Positions 52,112 through 62,304 of a DNA stretch of 64,000 nucleotides are shown here, in pieces. Where the stretch lies: assembly GCA_963726285.1 (NCBI GenBank), contig CAVSBV010000004.1, forward strand, positions 18,659 through 82,658, in the 5' to 3' direction. This DNA comes from Vulcanimicrobiota bacterium (GTDB lineage Bacteria; Vulcanimicrobiota; Vulcanimicrobiia; Vulcanimicrobiales; Vulcanimicrobiaceae). A program made the translations under genes and the position numbers. Each line of letters opens with the position of its first letter. Position 1 is the stretch's first letter. The notes under the pieces were generated by a model. That model did not search any database and was not told where the DNA came from. It worked only from the letters and a program-made list of their open reading frames with translations.

Positions 52112-54180
52112 GGATCGTCGCGTTTCTCGCCGCGGTGGCGATGGCGCTCTCACCGCTGGTCGCTCGCGCCTATGCGGTCACCGATGTGATGAGTGCGCCC
52201 TTCGTCGACAACGTGACCGCGTCACTCGACGGCACGGTCCTGGTCTGGAAAGTGCACGCGCGCGGACAACGCAATCTCTTCACCAATGCCGGCGGAACGA
52301 TCCATCAAGTTACACACTATGACGTGGATGACGGTCAGGATCTCGCCGACGTGCAGATCTTACCGGCCAACGATGCGGTCGTATACATGCGGGGCGGTGT
52401 TGAGGACAATGCCGACGACGGAAACCTCAATCCGCTCTCGATCATTCCGCCACCGGAGCGCACGATCTTTATCGTTCCGCTCGCGGGCGGCGATCCGGTA
52501 CAGATCGGAATCGGGAACAGCGTGGCGCTCTCGCCGCGCGGTGACGCTGCAGCGTTCACGACCGTACAGGGTGTGCTCAATGTCGTGTCGCTGACAAAGA
52601 GCGGCGATACGTATGCCGTCGGCAAGCCTGAACCGCTGCCGATTCGTGGCACGGCGACCGGCGTGGTTTGGTCGCCGGATGGATCGCGCATCGCGTTTAG
52701 CAATGCGCGGGGCGATCACGCGTTCATCGTCATCTACACGCCGTCGAAGCATAGCTATGTCTACGCGACGCCGGATTTTTCGCGCGACCGCGATCTTTCA
52801 TGGTCACCCGACGGTAACCGCGTGGCCTTCGTTCGCGTACCGGGCGCACGTGAGAATGAATCGCCGTATCTCGATCCGCCGGCTGCGCCGTGGTCGATCT
52901 GGGTTGCCAATGCCGCAAGCGGCAACGCGCGCATGGTTTGGGAAGCGCGGCGCGGCATGGGAGCCACGTTTTATCCAACGGACAGCAGCGCGCAGTTGTG
53001 GTGGATGCGCGGCGACTCCATCGCATTTCCGTGGGAAGGTGATGGCTGGCGCCATCTCTATGCAGTATCCGCGAACGGCGGGGCTGCGACGCGACTCACC
53101 ACCGGATCGTTCGAGACCGAGACGGTCGCCGTTTCGCTCGACCGTACGCATCTGCTCTACGCAACCAACGAAGGCGACATCGACCGGCGGCATATCTGGA
53201 CGGTCGGCGTCGATGCGCATCCGCGTGCGCTCACTAGCGGCACGAGCGACCAGTGGGCGCCGACGCCGCTCGCGAATGGCGAGTATGCCTATGTCGACGC
53301 CGGTTATAACACGCCGCCTGTGCTGACGATCGCGGGCCAACCCGCGCGCACGCTGATCGGTGTTGCGACGCCGGAGAATTTCCCCGCGACACAACTCGTG
53401 CGGCCGCAGCTCGTGACGTTTCGGGCCCCCGACGGTTTGCTGATTCACGCGCAGCTCTTCGTGCCGCGGGTTGCGGGCACGCGCAAACTCCCGGCGATCA
53501 TCTTCGATCACGGCGGTTCGCGGCGCCAGATGTTGCCCGGCTTCCATTATATGGAGGCCTACAGCGAGCTCTACGAGATGAATCAATACCTCGTCAATCG
53601 TGGATTCGTCGTGCTCTCGATCAACTATCGTAGCGGCATCATGTACGGTCACAATTTCCGCCAGGCGCCGCACGTTGGCGCGCGTGGGGCGGCCGAGTAT
53701 CAGGACGTCGTGGCGGGTGCGCGCTGGCTGCAGAAGCAACCGCAGGTCGATCCGAAGCGTTTGGGCATCTACGGACTCTCCTATGGCGGCTACCTGACCG
53801 CGATGGGCCTGGCGCGCAACTCCGACATCTTCAAAGCCGGCGCAGACTTTGCCGGCGTGCACAACTGGGCAACACTCTACGATTGGTATGCGCACGGCAA
53901 AGTGCTCGGGACGCCCGCGCAACGCGCACTCGCCGAAGCCTCGTCACCCGTCGGTTCGATCGCTACGTGGCGCTCGCCGGTCTTTCTCTCACAAGGCGAC
54001 GACGATCGTAACGTCGCGTTCTCGCAGGGCGTCGATCTTGCGACGCGCTTGCGCAGTCACGGCGTGCACGTCGAGACGATGGTCTTTGCGAATGAGACGC
54101 ACGAGAATCAGGTTTGGGCGCAGCTTTCCGCGCAGTATGCTGCCGCGGCGGCGTTTCTCGTGAAGGAGCTGCAGCCGTGA
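52108..54180 (+). CDS. secreted S9-family serine peptidase, paralogue of 44537-46633
   Basis: 690 aa, collinear with the first S9 gene over its whole length: GLSYGG, QGDDDRNV. ATGA overlap with the metalloprotease gene. Confidence 0.85.
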   Translation: MRIVAFLAAVAMALSPLVARAYAVTDVMSAPFVDNVTASLDGTVLVWKVHARGQRNLFTNAGGTIHQVTHYDVDDGQDLADVQILPANDAVVYMRGGVEDNADDGNLNPLSIIPPPERTIFIVPLAGGDPVQIGIGNSVALSPRGDAAAFTTVQGVLNVVSLTKSGDTYAVGKPEPLPIRGTATGVVWSPDGSRIAFSNARGDHAFIVIYTPSKHSYVYATPDFSRDRDLSWSPDGNRVAFVRVPGARENESPYLDPPAAPWSIWVANAASGNARMVWEARRGMGATFYPTDSSAQLWWMRGDSIAFPWEGDGWRHLYAVSANGGAATRLTTGSFETETVAVSLDRTHLLYATNEGDIDRRHIWTVGVDAHPRALTSGTSDQWAPTPLANGEYAYVDAGYNTPPVLTIAGQPARTLIGVATPENFPATQLVRPQLVTFRAPDGLLIHAQLFVPRVAGTRKLPAIIFDHGGSRRQMLPGFHYMEAYSELYEMNQYLVNRGFVVLSINYRSGIMYGHNFRQAPHVGARGAAEYQDVVAGARWLQKQPQVDPKRLGIYGLSYGGYLTAMGLARNSDIFKAGADFAGVHNWATLYDWYAHGKVLGTPAQRALAEASSPVGSIATWRSPVFLSQGDDDRNVAFSQGVDLATRLRSHGVHVETMVFANETHENQVWAQLSAQYAAAAAFLVKELQP

Positions 54181-56201
54181 GCCTTCCGCGTAGACTCGGT
54201 GCTGCCGTCGCGGCGCTGTTGCTCACGACCGGCATTACCGCGCGCGGATTCACGCCGTCGCAACTTGACGCGCAGGCAAAATACGAAGCCATCGTGGCCG
54301 CCTCGCCGAGCGAGGCGCAAGCCAGGATCGATGAGCTCGCGCTGGCCGCCTACGTGCATCGCATGGGCACGCCCGGCGATCTGCGTAGCGCCCGGTACGT
54401 GCGCGATCAACTTGCGAAAGCCGGTTGGGACGCGCGGCTGGTAACCTACAACGTCGCGATCGCGTGGCCGTACGAACAGCGCTTGACCGTGCTCGGCAAG
54501 CATCCGCGCAACGTCGATCTCTACGAACCGGCCGTACCCGGCGATCCGTACTCGAACGACCACAAGGCGATCGGCATTCCGTATTCGGGCTACAGTGTCG
54601 ATGGCGACGTGACCGGCCCAATCGTGTACGCCAACCACGCAACGGCGGAAGACTTTGCGGCGCTCGCCTCGATGGGCGTCTCGGTGCGCAATGCGATCAT
54701 CATTGCGCGGCCTGGCGGCGGTGCGCTCACGATGAAGGCCTATGAAGCGGCAAAGCACGGTGCAAAAGCGGTACTCGTGTTTCCCGATCCGCTCAGCGGC
54801 GGCTACTTCAAGGGCGAAACGTATCCGAACGGTCCATGGCGTCCACTCGGCGGCGCGATGCGCAATACGATGACGTTCACCAACGACCCGGGCGATCCAA
54901 CGGCAGAAGGCATTCCGCTGCCGGGTGCGCCGCACAAACCATTCTCGGCGATCAAACTTCCGTCGATTCCGGAGATGCCGATCACCGGGCTCGTTGCAAA
55001 GCAACTGCTCGAAACGATCGGCGGCCCCGTCGGACCGTCGGATTGGCATCCGGGCTTTGCATTTCCGCTGCGCCTGGGCGGGAACGTGCAAGCGCACTTT
55101 GTGATCAAGAGCAAACGGTTCTACGGACCGATTTGGGATGTGATCGCGACAATGCCGGGTGTCGATACCAAACATCTCGTCGTGACCGGCGGCCATCGTG
55201 ACGCATGGACCTACGGTGCCGTCGATCCGATCAGCGGCACGGTCGACTTGCTGCAACTCGGGCGCGCGCTTGGGAAGCTCAAGGCGGAAGGCTGGAAGCC
55301 GCAACGCACGATCGTGATCGGTTCGTGGGACGGCGAAGAACTCAACCTCTTCGGCAGCGACGAGTGGGTCGAGCAACATGCCGCCGAGTTACGCGCCGGT
55401 TGCGTTGCGTATATTAACACCGATGAGGTCGCGTTCGGCCCGAGCTTCGGCGTTTATGCGACGCCCGAGCTGGGCGGTGCGCTGCTCGATGCTGCAAGCG
55501 CCGTCACCGCGCCCAATGGGCAACCGCTCACGGCCTATTGGAAAGCGCAAGACAAAAACATGGCGGTGAATCCGATCGGCGGCGGCAGCGACCACGAGCC
55601 GTTCGTCTTTCACGAAAATCTTCCGGCGGCGGGCGCGGGCTACGGCGGACCGTTCGGCACCTATCACTCCGCCTACGACGATCCGGCGTCGTTGCGCATC
55701 TTCGATCCGGGCATGCACGAAGCGGCCGCTGCGGCGCGCTATACCTCGATCGTCGTGCTGCGTCTGGCTGACGCAACGTATCCCGATCTGCGCCTCTCGC
55801 TGCTTGCACAAGCATTACAAACGCGCGTTACCTCGTTTGCAAAGGCGACCGGCACGAACGATGCGCGTCGCGCGACCGTCGTCGCAGCGTTGCAGCCGGA
55901 AGCCGATGCATACGTCGCCGCCGCCAAGGCACTTGATGGCAGAGCCGATACGGCGATTGCGCAAGGCAATGCGGCCGCGGCGAACGCCGCGTACGCGCAG
56001 CTGCGCGCCTCGGAAGATGCGTTCTTCCAGCCCGATTCAACCAAGTGGACTCGCACGCTGCTCTACAGCGTGAGCGGCTACGAGGGCACGGTGCTGCCGT
56101 CGCTCGACGATACGCTCGGTACGAATGGTGATGCGGTGCTCACGACGCTAACTGCGGCGTTTAAAGCCGCTACCGCTGCAGCGCAGCCGTCAGGGAGCTA
56201 G
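54177..56201 (+). CDS. M28-family peptidase with PA and transferrin-receptor-like dimerisation domains (glutamate carboxypeptidase II-like)
   Basis: 674 aa from GTG 54177 (GTGA overlap): GGHRDAWTYGAVDPISG and GSWDGEELNLFGSDEW. Confidence 0.8.
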   Translation: MSLPRRLGAAVAALLLTTGITARGFTPSQLDAQAKYEAIVAASPSEAQARIDELALAAYVHRMGTPGDLRSARYVRDQLAKAGWDARLVTYNVAIAWPYEQRLTVLGKHPRNVDLYEPAVPGDPYSNDHKAIGIPYSGYSVDGDVTGPIVYANHATAEDFAALASMGVSVRNAIIIARPGGGALTMKAYEAAKHGAKAVLVFPDPLSGGYFKGETYPNGPWRPLGGAMRNTMTFTNDPGDPTAEGIPLPGAPHKPFSAIKLPSIPEMPITGLVAKQLLETIGGPVGPSDWHPGFAFPLRLGGNVQAHFVIKSKRFYGPIWDVIATMPGVDTKHLVVTGGHRDAWTYGAVDPISGTVDLLQLGRALGKLKAEGWKPQRTIVIGSWDGEELNLFGSDEWVEQHAAELRAGCVAYINTDEVAFGPSFGVYATPELGGALLDAASAVTAPNGQPLTAYWKAQDKNMAVNPIGGGSDHEPFVFHENLPAAGAGYGGPFGTYHSAYDDPASLRIFDPGMHEAAAAARYTSIVVLRLADATYPDLRLSLLAQALQTRVTSFAKATGTNDARRATVVAALQPEADAYVAAAKALDGRADTAIAQGNAAAANAAYAQLRASEDAFFQPDSTKWTRTLLYSVSGYEGTVLPSLDDTLGTNGDAVLTTLTAAFKAATAAAQPSGS

Positions 56202-57621
56202 CCGCGGCCGCGATCTCGGCGTCGGTACCGTTGGTAAAACCGAGCGCAAACCCGTAACAATCGGTTCGTTTGAGGCAGAGGCTCGAGAGTGCAACGAGCC
56301 TTTGCCCATCGAGCGCTCGCGACAACGCGCGATCGTCGAAGGCCTTTCTCGCGATGAGCGCGATGTGGAGGCCGACTTGCATTGGGCCGAGTTCGAACGC
56401 TTCGAGGAGTGCAAGCGCACGCGCGAGCGTCGTGCGGCGTCGCTCGTAGATCGCATTCATGCGGCGGAGGTGCCGCGCAAAGTGCCCGCCGCTAATAAAG
56501 CTCGCGAGCGTCGCTTGCGCGTGCAGGGAAAGCCCGAGACTCGTGCTCGCGCGCGCGGTCCGGAAGATCGCAGCCAGATGGGGCGGAACGATGAGATAGC
56601 CGGTGCGAATTCCGGGCGCCAGCGTTTTGCTGAAGCTGCCGATGTATAGGACGCGTTCGTCACGATCGAGGCTCTGCAGCGCAGGCAGCGGGCGTGCGCG
56701 CGCGGTGAACTCGCTGTCGTAGTCGTCTTCGAGGATGTAGGCGTCGTGACGCTTCGCCCATGCGAGCAGCTCGAGGCGGCGAGCGAGCGAGAGCGTGCCG
56801 CCGAGCGGAAATTGATGCGTCGGCGTGACAAATGCACAGCGTGCGTCGCTCGGCAAGGCATGCGTTTGTAAGCCGTCGCTATCGACCGGTACGGCGGCAA
56901 GGCGCAGGTTGTGCGCTTCGAACGACGCACGCGCGAGCGCATAGCATGGATCTTCAATAGCGATTGTGTCGCCCGCGCGCGTGAGCACGAGGTTTGCGAG
57001 ATGCATGGCGGCTTGTGCGCCTTCCACAACGATGACTTGCTCCGGTCGCGTGTTGATGCCGCGGAACTGTCGCACGTGCATCGCAATCGCATCGCGCAAC
57101 GCGCGCAACCCGCTCGCGGGGCCGTAGCCGAGATCGAGTGCTTCCTCCGAGGCCCGTCGCTCGGCGCGGCGCCACGCGTTGACTGGAAACAGCGCAAGTG
57201 CCGGCATCCCGGGGCGCAGCGCGCCGTGGCCCGCCGCCGTCTTGAAGTGCGCGCGCACCGCCGCGATGCGCTGCGCTCCCGCGGGAGCGGGATGTCCTGC
57301 GGCCGCTTGCGGTTGTCGCCGTTCGAAGCCCGACGACGCAACAAACGTTCCCGATCCGCTTCGCGCTTCGAGATACCCCTCGGCGGTGAGCTGCTCGAAC
57401 GCAAGCGCGACCGTGTTGCGACCGAGCCCGAGACGTTTCGCGAGTTCTCGCGACCCGAGCATCTTCGTTCCCGGCGGGAGCGTGCCGGTCTCGATCGCGT
57501 CGCGAAGGCGGCGTACCAGCTGGACCGCAAGCGGCTCGCCGGTCGCGCGGTCGGGAAAGAGGGGTTCGAGAAGAAGCGGCTCCCTCATATTCGTCGCAAG
57601 TGGCACGTTACACGGAGCCAC
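56170..57621 (-). CDS. MocR-type regulator (GntR HTH fused to a PLP aminotransferase-like domain)
   Basis: 483 aa (GTG 57621; ATG 57588 alternative): LGSRELAKRLGLGRNTVALAFEQL and SFSKTLAPGIRTGYL. Confidence 0.85.
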   Translation of the reverse strand: MAPCNVPLATNMREPLLLEPLFPDRATGEPLAVQLVRRLRDAIETGTLPPGTKMLGSRELAKRLGLGRNTVALAFEQLTAEGYLEARSGSGTFVASSGFERRQPQAAAGHPAPAGAQRIAAVRAHFKTAAGHGALRPGMPALALFPVNAWRRAERRASEEALDLGYGPASGLRALRDAIAMHVRQFRGINTRPEQVIVVEGAQAAMHLANLVLTRAGDTIAIEDPCYALARASFEAHNLRLAAVPVDSDGLQTHALPSDARCAFVTPTHQFPLGGTLSLARRLELLAWAKRHDAYILEDDYDSEFTARARPLPALQSLDRDERVLYIGSFSKTLAPGIRTGYLIVPPHLAAIFRTARASTSLGLSLHAQATLASFISGGHFARHLRRMNAIYERRRTTLARALALLEAFELGPMQVGLHIALIARKAFDDRALSRALDGQRLVALSSLCLKRTDCYGFALGFTNGTDAEIAAAASSLTAALQR

Positions 57622-57641
57622 TCCTGCAATAGAATCGAGCC

Positions 57642-59135
57642 ATGCGGATTTTTGCTTTGCTCTTGGCCTTGCTCTTCACACAGGCCCGCGGCTTCGACTA
57701 TCAGTTTGGTACCTGGAACGTCCATGTCTCGCGCCTCGTGCACGATACGTCGGGCGCGACGAAGTGGGTTGCCTACGATGGCACGCATACGGTCACGCCA
57801 CTTTGGCACGGTCGTGCCAACGTTGGGGTCCTCGAGATCCATGGACCGGCGGGAAGGATCGAAGGCCTGCAGTTACGCCTCTTCAATCCCGCGACCGATC
57901 GCTGGAAGCTTCTGTTTGCCAGCAGCAGCGATGGTGAATTGCAGCCTCCATCGGTGGGTTCGTTTCACGACGGCGTCGGCGATTTTCGCGATACGGAAAT
58001 TGTCGGCGGAAAAGCGGTCATCGTGCGCACGCTCTCGACGGTGAACTCGCCGGCGTCATATCGCGACGTCATTGCGCGCTCCGACGACCATGGCAAGACA
58101 TGGACACCGCTGTGGATCGCGACCTACGAAAAGCCGGCGGTCGCCGCTGCGCCTGCGTCGCCTGATCCCGCGCGCGATTTCGATTTCAACGTTGGCACGT
58201 GGCATACGCATATCAAGCGTTTGCTTCGCCCGCTCAGTCATTCGAACGACTGGGTGCAGTACGACGGCACGGTAAGTGTGCGCAAAGCGCTAGGCGGCGC
58301 AGCGAACGTCGAGGAGGTCGAAGCGAGCGGCCCAAATCACCTCGAATTCCTCAACGTGCGCCTATATAACGAAAAATCGCGTCAGTGGAGCCTCAACGGC
58401 GCGAGCAGTGCGGTCGGAACCCTCGGCACGCCGATGTACGGCGGGTTCACAGATGGGCGCGGCGTGTTCTACGATCAGGAGCCGTTTGACGGGCGCATGA
58501 TCCTCGAGCGCCAGACGTTTTTCGATATTACTGCCTCGTCGTATGCATTCGAGCAAGCCTTCTCCGATGACGGCGGTAAGACGTGGGAGCCGAATTTTGT
58601 TGCGCATCTCACGCGTACGAGCGCGACTGCGCCTTCGGAAGGGTCGCAGACGGCTACGAATCCGTCGCACGACTTCGATTTCAATTACGGTACGTGGTCG
58701 ACACATATTACGTCCTACGCCATCGCGGCTAACGGATCGAGCGCATCGACAGCCTATACAGGTACCGTCGCGGTGCGCAAGATTTGGGGCGGACGCGCGT
58801 TCATGGAAGAGATCAAAGCCTCGAATCCATCCGGCGGCTTTGCGGGTCTTACGCTCTTCCTCTATAACCCGCAAGCACGCCAGTGGAGTCAAACCTTCGC
58901 CGGTAAAGGAGATGGATCGTTCGAGCGTTCGATGGTCGGTTCGTTTGACCGTGGCCGAGGTGAGCTCGTTGCCTTCCCCGATGCAAACGGCGGCTCACTC
59001 ACGTTCGTCCGTGAGGTGTGGTCGGAGATTCGCAGCAATACGCATCATTTCGAAATACAATTCTCACGCGATGGCGGCAAGACGTGGCAGCCGTCCTTTG
59101 TCGCGAATCTCGCACGTATCGGGCCGGGGTTGTAG
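57642..59135 (+). CDS. secreted protein built from three tandem ~150-aa repeats, function unknown
   Basis: 497 aa with a signal peptide. Repeat starts: FDYQFGTWNVHVSRL (aa 18), DFDFNVGTWHTHIKRL (aa 179), DFDFNYGTWSTHITSY (aa 344). Each repeat ends D(D/G)GKTW(T/E/Q)P. Confidence 0.75.
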   Translation: MRIFALLLALLFTQARGFDYQFGTWNVHVSRLVHDTSGATKWVAYDGTHTVTPLWHGRANVGVLEIHGPAGRIEGLQLRLFNPATDRWKLLFASSSDGELQPPSVGSFHDGVGDFRDTEIVGGKAVIVRTLSTVNSPASYRDVIARSDDHGKTWTPLWIATYEKPAVAAAPASPDPARDFDFNVGTWHTHIKRLLRPLSHSNDWVQYDGTVSVRKALGGAANVEEVEASGPNHLEFLNVRLYNEKSRQWSLNGASSAVGTLGTPMYGGFTDGRGVFYDQEPFDGRMILERQTFFDITASSYAFEQAFSDDGGKTWEPNFVAHLTRTSATAPSEGSQTATNPSHDFDFNYGTWSTHITSYAIAANGSSASTAYTGTVAVRKIWGGRAFMEEIKASNPSGGFAGLTLFLYNPQARQWSQTFAGKGDGSFERSMVGSFDRGRGELVAFPDANGGSLTFVREVWSEIRSNTHHFEIQFSRDGGKTWQPSFVANLARIGPGL

Positions 59136-60362
59136 CTATGCGACAGCGCGGACAAACTTCGCTTGATCGACGGCGTCGTAAAAAGCGTTGTGCGTTTCAC
59201 TGATCTTCGGCGCCCACGGATCGAGCGCTTTGGGCGAGAGTGGGGCGTGGATGGTTGGGCCCGCGGCGTCGGCATAGCTTGCGCCGCCGAACGGTTCGAA
59301 CTCGCGCGATTCTTTGTGGGCGAGGACGAGCGCGCGCGTCGCATCGGCCGCGGTACGCGCAACATCGCGTAGTTGCGACGACACATTGGTGTCGGCAGCG
59401 ATCCTATCGTACATCGCGATCGCTGGGCGATCGGCGTGCCACGGCATGTCGGGCGTGGCTTCAGGAAAGCGCACCATGCCTTTCACTGAGGCAATGTCAC
59501 GGCGGAGCGCAGCGCGATCGGCGGTGTCGCTCGCCACTATGTCGTTGAACGTCTTGATCGCGCGTTCAACATTGGCAAGTTTCTCCGGCGAGCAATCGAG
59601 GACGTCGAAGGCGGCCGCTGTGCCGAACGACCCGCCGAACGGCGTTGCGGAGCGGGCCTGCATTACCGCGTTGACAACGCCGCTTGCCATTGCGTTTGGG
59701 TCGTCGATGTTACGTGCAATTGCGTCGGCGGCTCCCGTCGGGACGCCCGGCGAGAGCATCGTCTCCGGGGATGCGGCCAGATATTTCACACCGGTACGCG
59801 AAAGTGCGTCGGCGAAACCGAGCGTCGACATCAGGCACTGATTGGCCACGACGCCGTCGATTTTGCGGCCTGCATCCTCGGGATGCTCTTTTGCGTGCAG
59901 CGCGACGCCGTCCGCGATCGCTCGCGCCATGTCCGGCATCGACATCACTGCGCCGGTGTGCGTTTCCAAGCCGCCGCCGTCGCCACCGCCGTGGTCGACC
60001 AGATCGATCCAGGTTTGCTTCACGTCGGATCGCTCGGCGTTATCCAACGTGCGCGCGACGAACGCCGCGAGGTTCGTCTCGCTCGCCATATTTTGCGCCT
60101 TGCCGACCTGCGGATCGACGACCTTGCCGTCGGCGATGGTGAACGTATCGGTGCGCCTGCGGCCTTCAACGATATCGCCGTCATCGGCCTTGAGCCCGGT
60201 CGTGTCCTCGACGGTGTACTCGACCGCGTCGTCCGTTCGGCTGCTCTGGAACGCTTGCGCGACGGTAAGTGACTGGGATGCGTCCAAATTGTTATCGCCG
60301 TCGCGATAGATGCCAAACTCGAGCGCGCGACGAGTTGGGGTTGCGGAAACGGAAAGCTGCAC
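59136..60362 (-). CDS. clostripain-like (C11 family) cysteine peptidase candidate
   Basis: 408 aa. WIDLVDHGGGDGGG (His-Gly) and GVVANQCLMSTLGF (Cys) have the order and spacing of C11 catalytic dyads. Confidence 0.55.
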   Translation of the reverse strand: MQLSVSATPTRRALEFGIYRDGDNNLDASQSLTVAQAFQSSRTDDAVEYTVEDTTGLKADDGDIVEGRRRTDTFTIADGKVVDPQVGKAQNMASETNLAAFVARTLDNAERSDVKQTWIDLVDHGGGDGGGLETHTGAVMSMPDMARAIADGVALHAKEHPEDAGRKIDGVVANQCLMSTLGFADALSRTGVKYLAASPETMLSPGVPTGAADAIARNIDDPNAMASGVVNAVMQARSATPFGGSFGTAAAFDVLDCSPEKLANVERAIKTFNDIVASDTADRAALRRDIASVKGMVRFPEATPDMPWHADRPAIAMYDRIAADTNVSSQLRDVARTAADATRALVLAHKESREFEPFGGASYADAAGPTIHAPLSPKALDPWAPKISETHNAFYDAVDQAKFVRAVA

Positions 60363-60483
60363 TTCGATCCTCCGTATAGTTGAGAAGTGCTGCTCTACTG
60401 CGCCGTTAGCGCCTCGCGACGATAGGTGGAATTACGGGTTTTCGCAGGAAGCACCAAGCGGAAAGAGTGAACGTCACCCGGCC

Positions 60484-62304
60484 GTGGACCTGCTGCGCTT
60501 TTCCGACCTCGATTGCCATTATGGCGCCCGCGAAATCTTCGCGGGCCTTAGTGGTGTTTTACAAGACGGGGAGCGTGTAGGGCTCGTCGGGCCGAATGGC
60601 GCGGGAAAATCTTCGCTCTTGCGATTGCTCGCCGGCGTTGATGCGCCGTTCGGAGGCACCGTCGTGCGCGCGCGCGACGCAACGTTCGCCTATCTCGCGC
60701 AAAGCGTCGCCGACGAAACGGAATCGACCCTGCAAGAGCTCGTCGATGCTGCGTTGGCTCGCGTTACCCCCGACATGTACGGTCTACGTAACAAGACGCT
60801 ACGCATCATGCTCGCCTCGTTTGGATTCCGCGAGGAGGCATTCGCCCGTCCGCTACGCGAATTTTCGGGCGGCCAACGCGCAAAAGCCGCGCTTGCCCAC
60901 ATCTTGATCGACGAACCGGACTACTGCATTTTCGACGAACCGACCAACCATCTGGATATCGAGACGGTCCGTTGGCTCGAGTCGTACATTGCCTCCGATA
61001 AGCGCGCCTACCTCATCGTTTCCCACGATCGCTACTTTCTGAACCGGGTGGCAACACGCATCTGGGAGATCGAAGCGGGGCGACTTCATGTGTATCCGCC
61101 GGCCATCAATGCGTACGACGCGTTCGTCGAGCAGCGTGCTTCGCGGCACGCCGAGGAACGTCGAGCGTACGAAACGTTTGTTAGCGAGCGAGATAAGCGC
61201 CGTGCGACGATCGCCGGCCTGCGCGCCACACATACGTCATCCGATTACAGTCAGGTACGCAGCCGCGAGAAACAGCTCGCGCGCGCCGAAGCGTCCCTTA
61301 CAGTTAACGCACCGGTCGCGCCGGCGGCTGCCATTGCCGTGAATCTTCAGTCAACGCGACGAGCCGCCAACGCATTCGCGCTGGAGCTGAGCGGACTTTC
61401 AAAAGCGTATGCGCATCCCCTTTTTAAAGATCTCGAAGTCGATGTGCTACGCGGGGAACGCTTGGCAATCGTCGGGCCGAACGGCTCCGGGAAATCGACG
61501 CTCTTGAAAATCGTAAGTGGCGAACTTGCCGCAGATCGCGGAACCATTCGCATCAATCCCGCATCGCAGATCGCGTATTTCGCGCAGAATTCACACGAGC
61601 AACTCGATCCCGCAGCAAGCGCGGTGGAAGCAGTGCGCGCAGCGGCCGATATCTCCGATGAGAACGCCCGTAACCTGTTGGGACGTATGCGCATCAGCGG
61701 CGAAGCTGCCGACAAGGCGGTGCGGACATTTTCCGGCGGCGAGCGACGGCGGATCATGCTCGCGTCGCTGATGGCGAAGGCTGCGGACGTACTGCTCCTG
61801 GACGAACCCACCAACGACCTCGATATCGATAGCCGCGAAGCGCTCGAATCCGTGCTCGCCGAGTACGAAGGCGCGATTCTTATCGTGTCGCACGATCGTT
61901 ATCTGCTCTCGCGTCTGTGCGATCGGGTGCTCTGGATCGACGACGGTGCGTGGGGTACGGTCGAGGGCGGCTATGATGCCTACGAAGCGAGCCAGACCGA
62001 GCGCGAGCGATTGGCGCTCGAGGCGCAAACCGCATCAGCCGGTCGTGCGAAAACCACGCGCCAGACACCGATGAAGGTCCGCTCGCAACTCGAAACGCGG
62101 ATAGCCAGCCTCGAACGCGAGATTGTCAAGCTCGACGCGCGCAAGCTCGAGATCGATCGGCTCTTTACGCTGACCGAGACCTACGACGACCGCAAGCGCG
62201 TTGCCGAATTGGAATCGGAACGCACGCGTGTGGCCGCGCAGAGCGCGGAACACCTCGCTGCGTGGGAACGTATGCATATGCAGTTGGAAGAACTCATCGG
62301 CTAA
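60484..62304 (+). CDS. ABC-F family ATPase (two ABC domains, no TM domain)
   Basis: About 606 aa from GTG 60484. The 664-aa ORF extension overlaps the divergent gene. GPNGAGKSSLL / FSGGQRAK and GPNGSGKSTLL / FSGGERRR, with a coiled-coil C-terminus. Confidence 0.85.
   Translation: MDLLRFSDLDCHYGAREIFAGLSGVLQDGERVGLVGPNGAGKSSLLRLLAGVDAPFGGTVVRARDATFAYLAQSVADETESTLQELVDAALARVTPDMYGLRNKTLRIMLASFGFREEAFARPLREFSGGQRAKAALAHILIDEPDYCIFDEPTNHLDIETVRWLESYIASDKRAYLIVSHDRYFLNRVATRIWEIEAGRLHVYPPAINAYDAFVEQRASRHAEERRAYETFVSERDKRRATIAGLRATHTSSDYSQVRSREKQLARAEASLTVNAPVAPAAAIAVNLQSTRRAANAFALELSGLSKAYAHPLFKDLEVDVLRGERLAIVGPNGSGKSTLLKIVSGELAADRGTIRINPASQIAYFAQNSHEQLDPAASAVEAVRAAADISDENARNLLGRMRISGEAADKAVRTFSGGERRRIMLASLMAKAADVLLLDEPTNDLDIDSREALESVLAEYEGAILIVSHDRYLLSRLCDRVLWIDDGAWGTVEGGYDAYEASQTERERLALEAQTASAGRAKTTRQTPMKVRSQLETRIASLEREIVKLDARKLEIDRLFTLTETYDDRKRVAELESERTRVAAQSAEHLAAWERMHMQLEELIG

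Noticed and set aside
50114-55379. Several 250-420-aa minus-strand ORFs (50114-50884, 52804-53922, 54108-55379)
   Set aside because: All are antisense to peptidase genes with clear catalytic motifs. They are shadow ORFs.
56457-58044. 357-aa minus-strand and 377-aa plus-strand ORFs overlapping the MocR gene
   Set aside because: These are alternative frames of the MocR locus, Arg/Ser-rich and without motifs. The 483-aa frame carries the GntR HTH and the SxSK PLP site.
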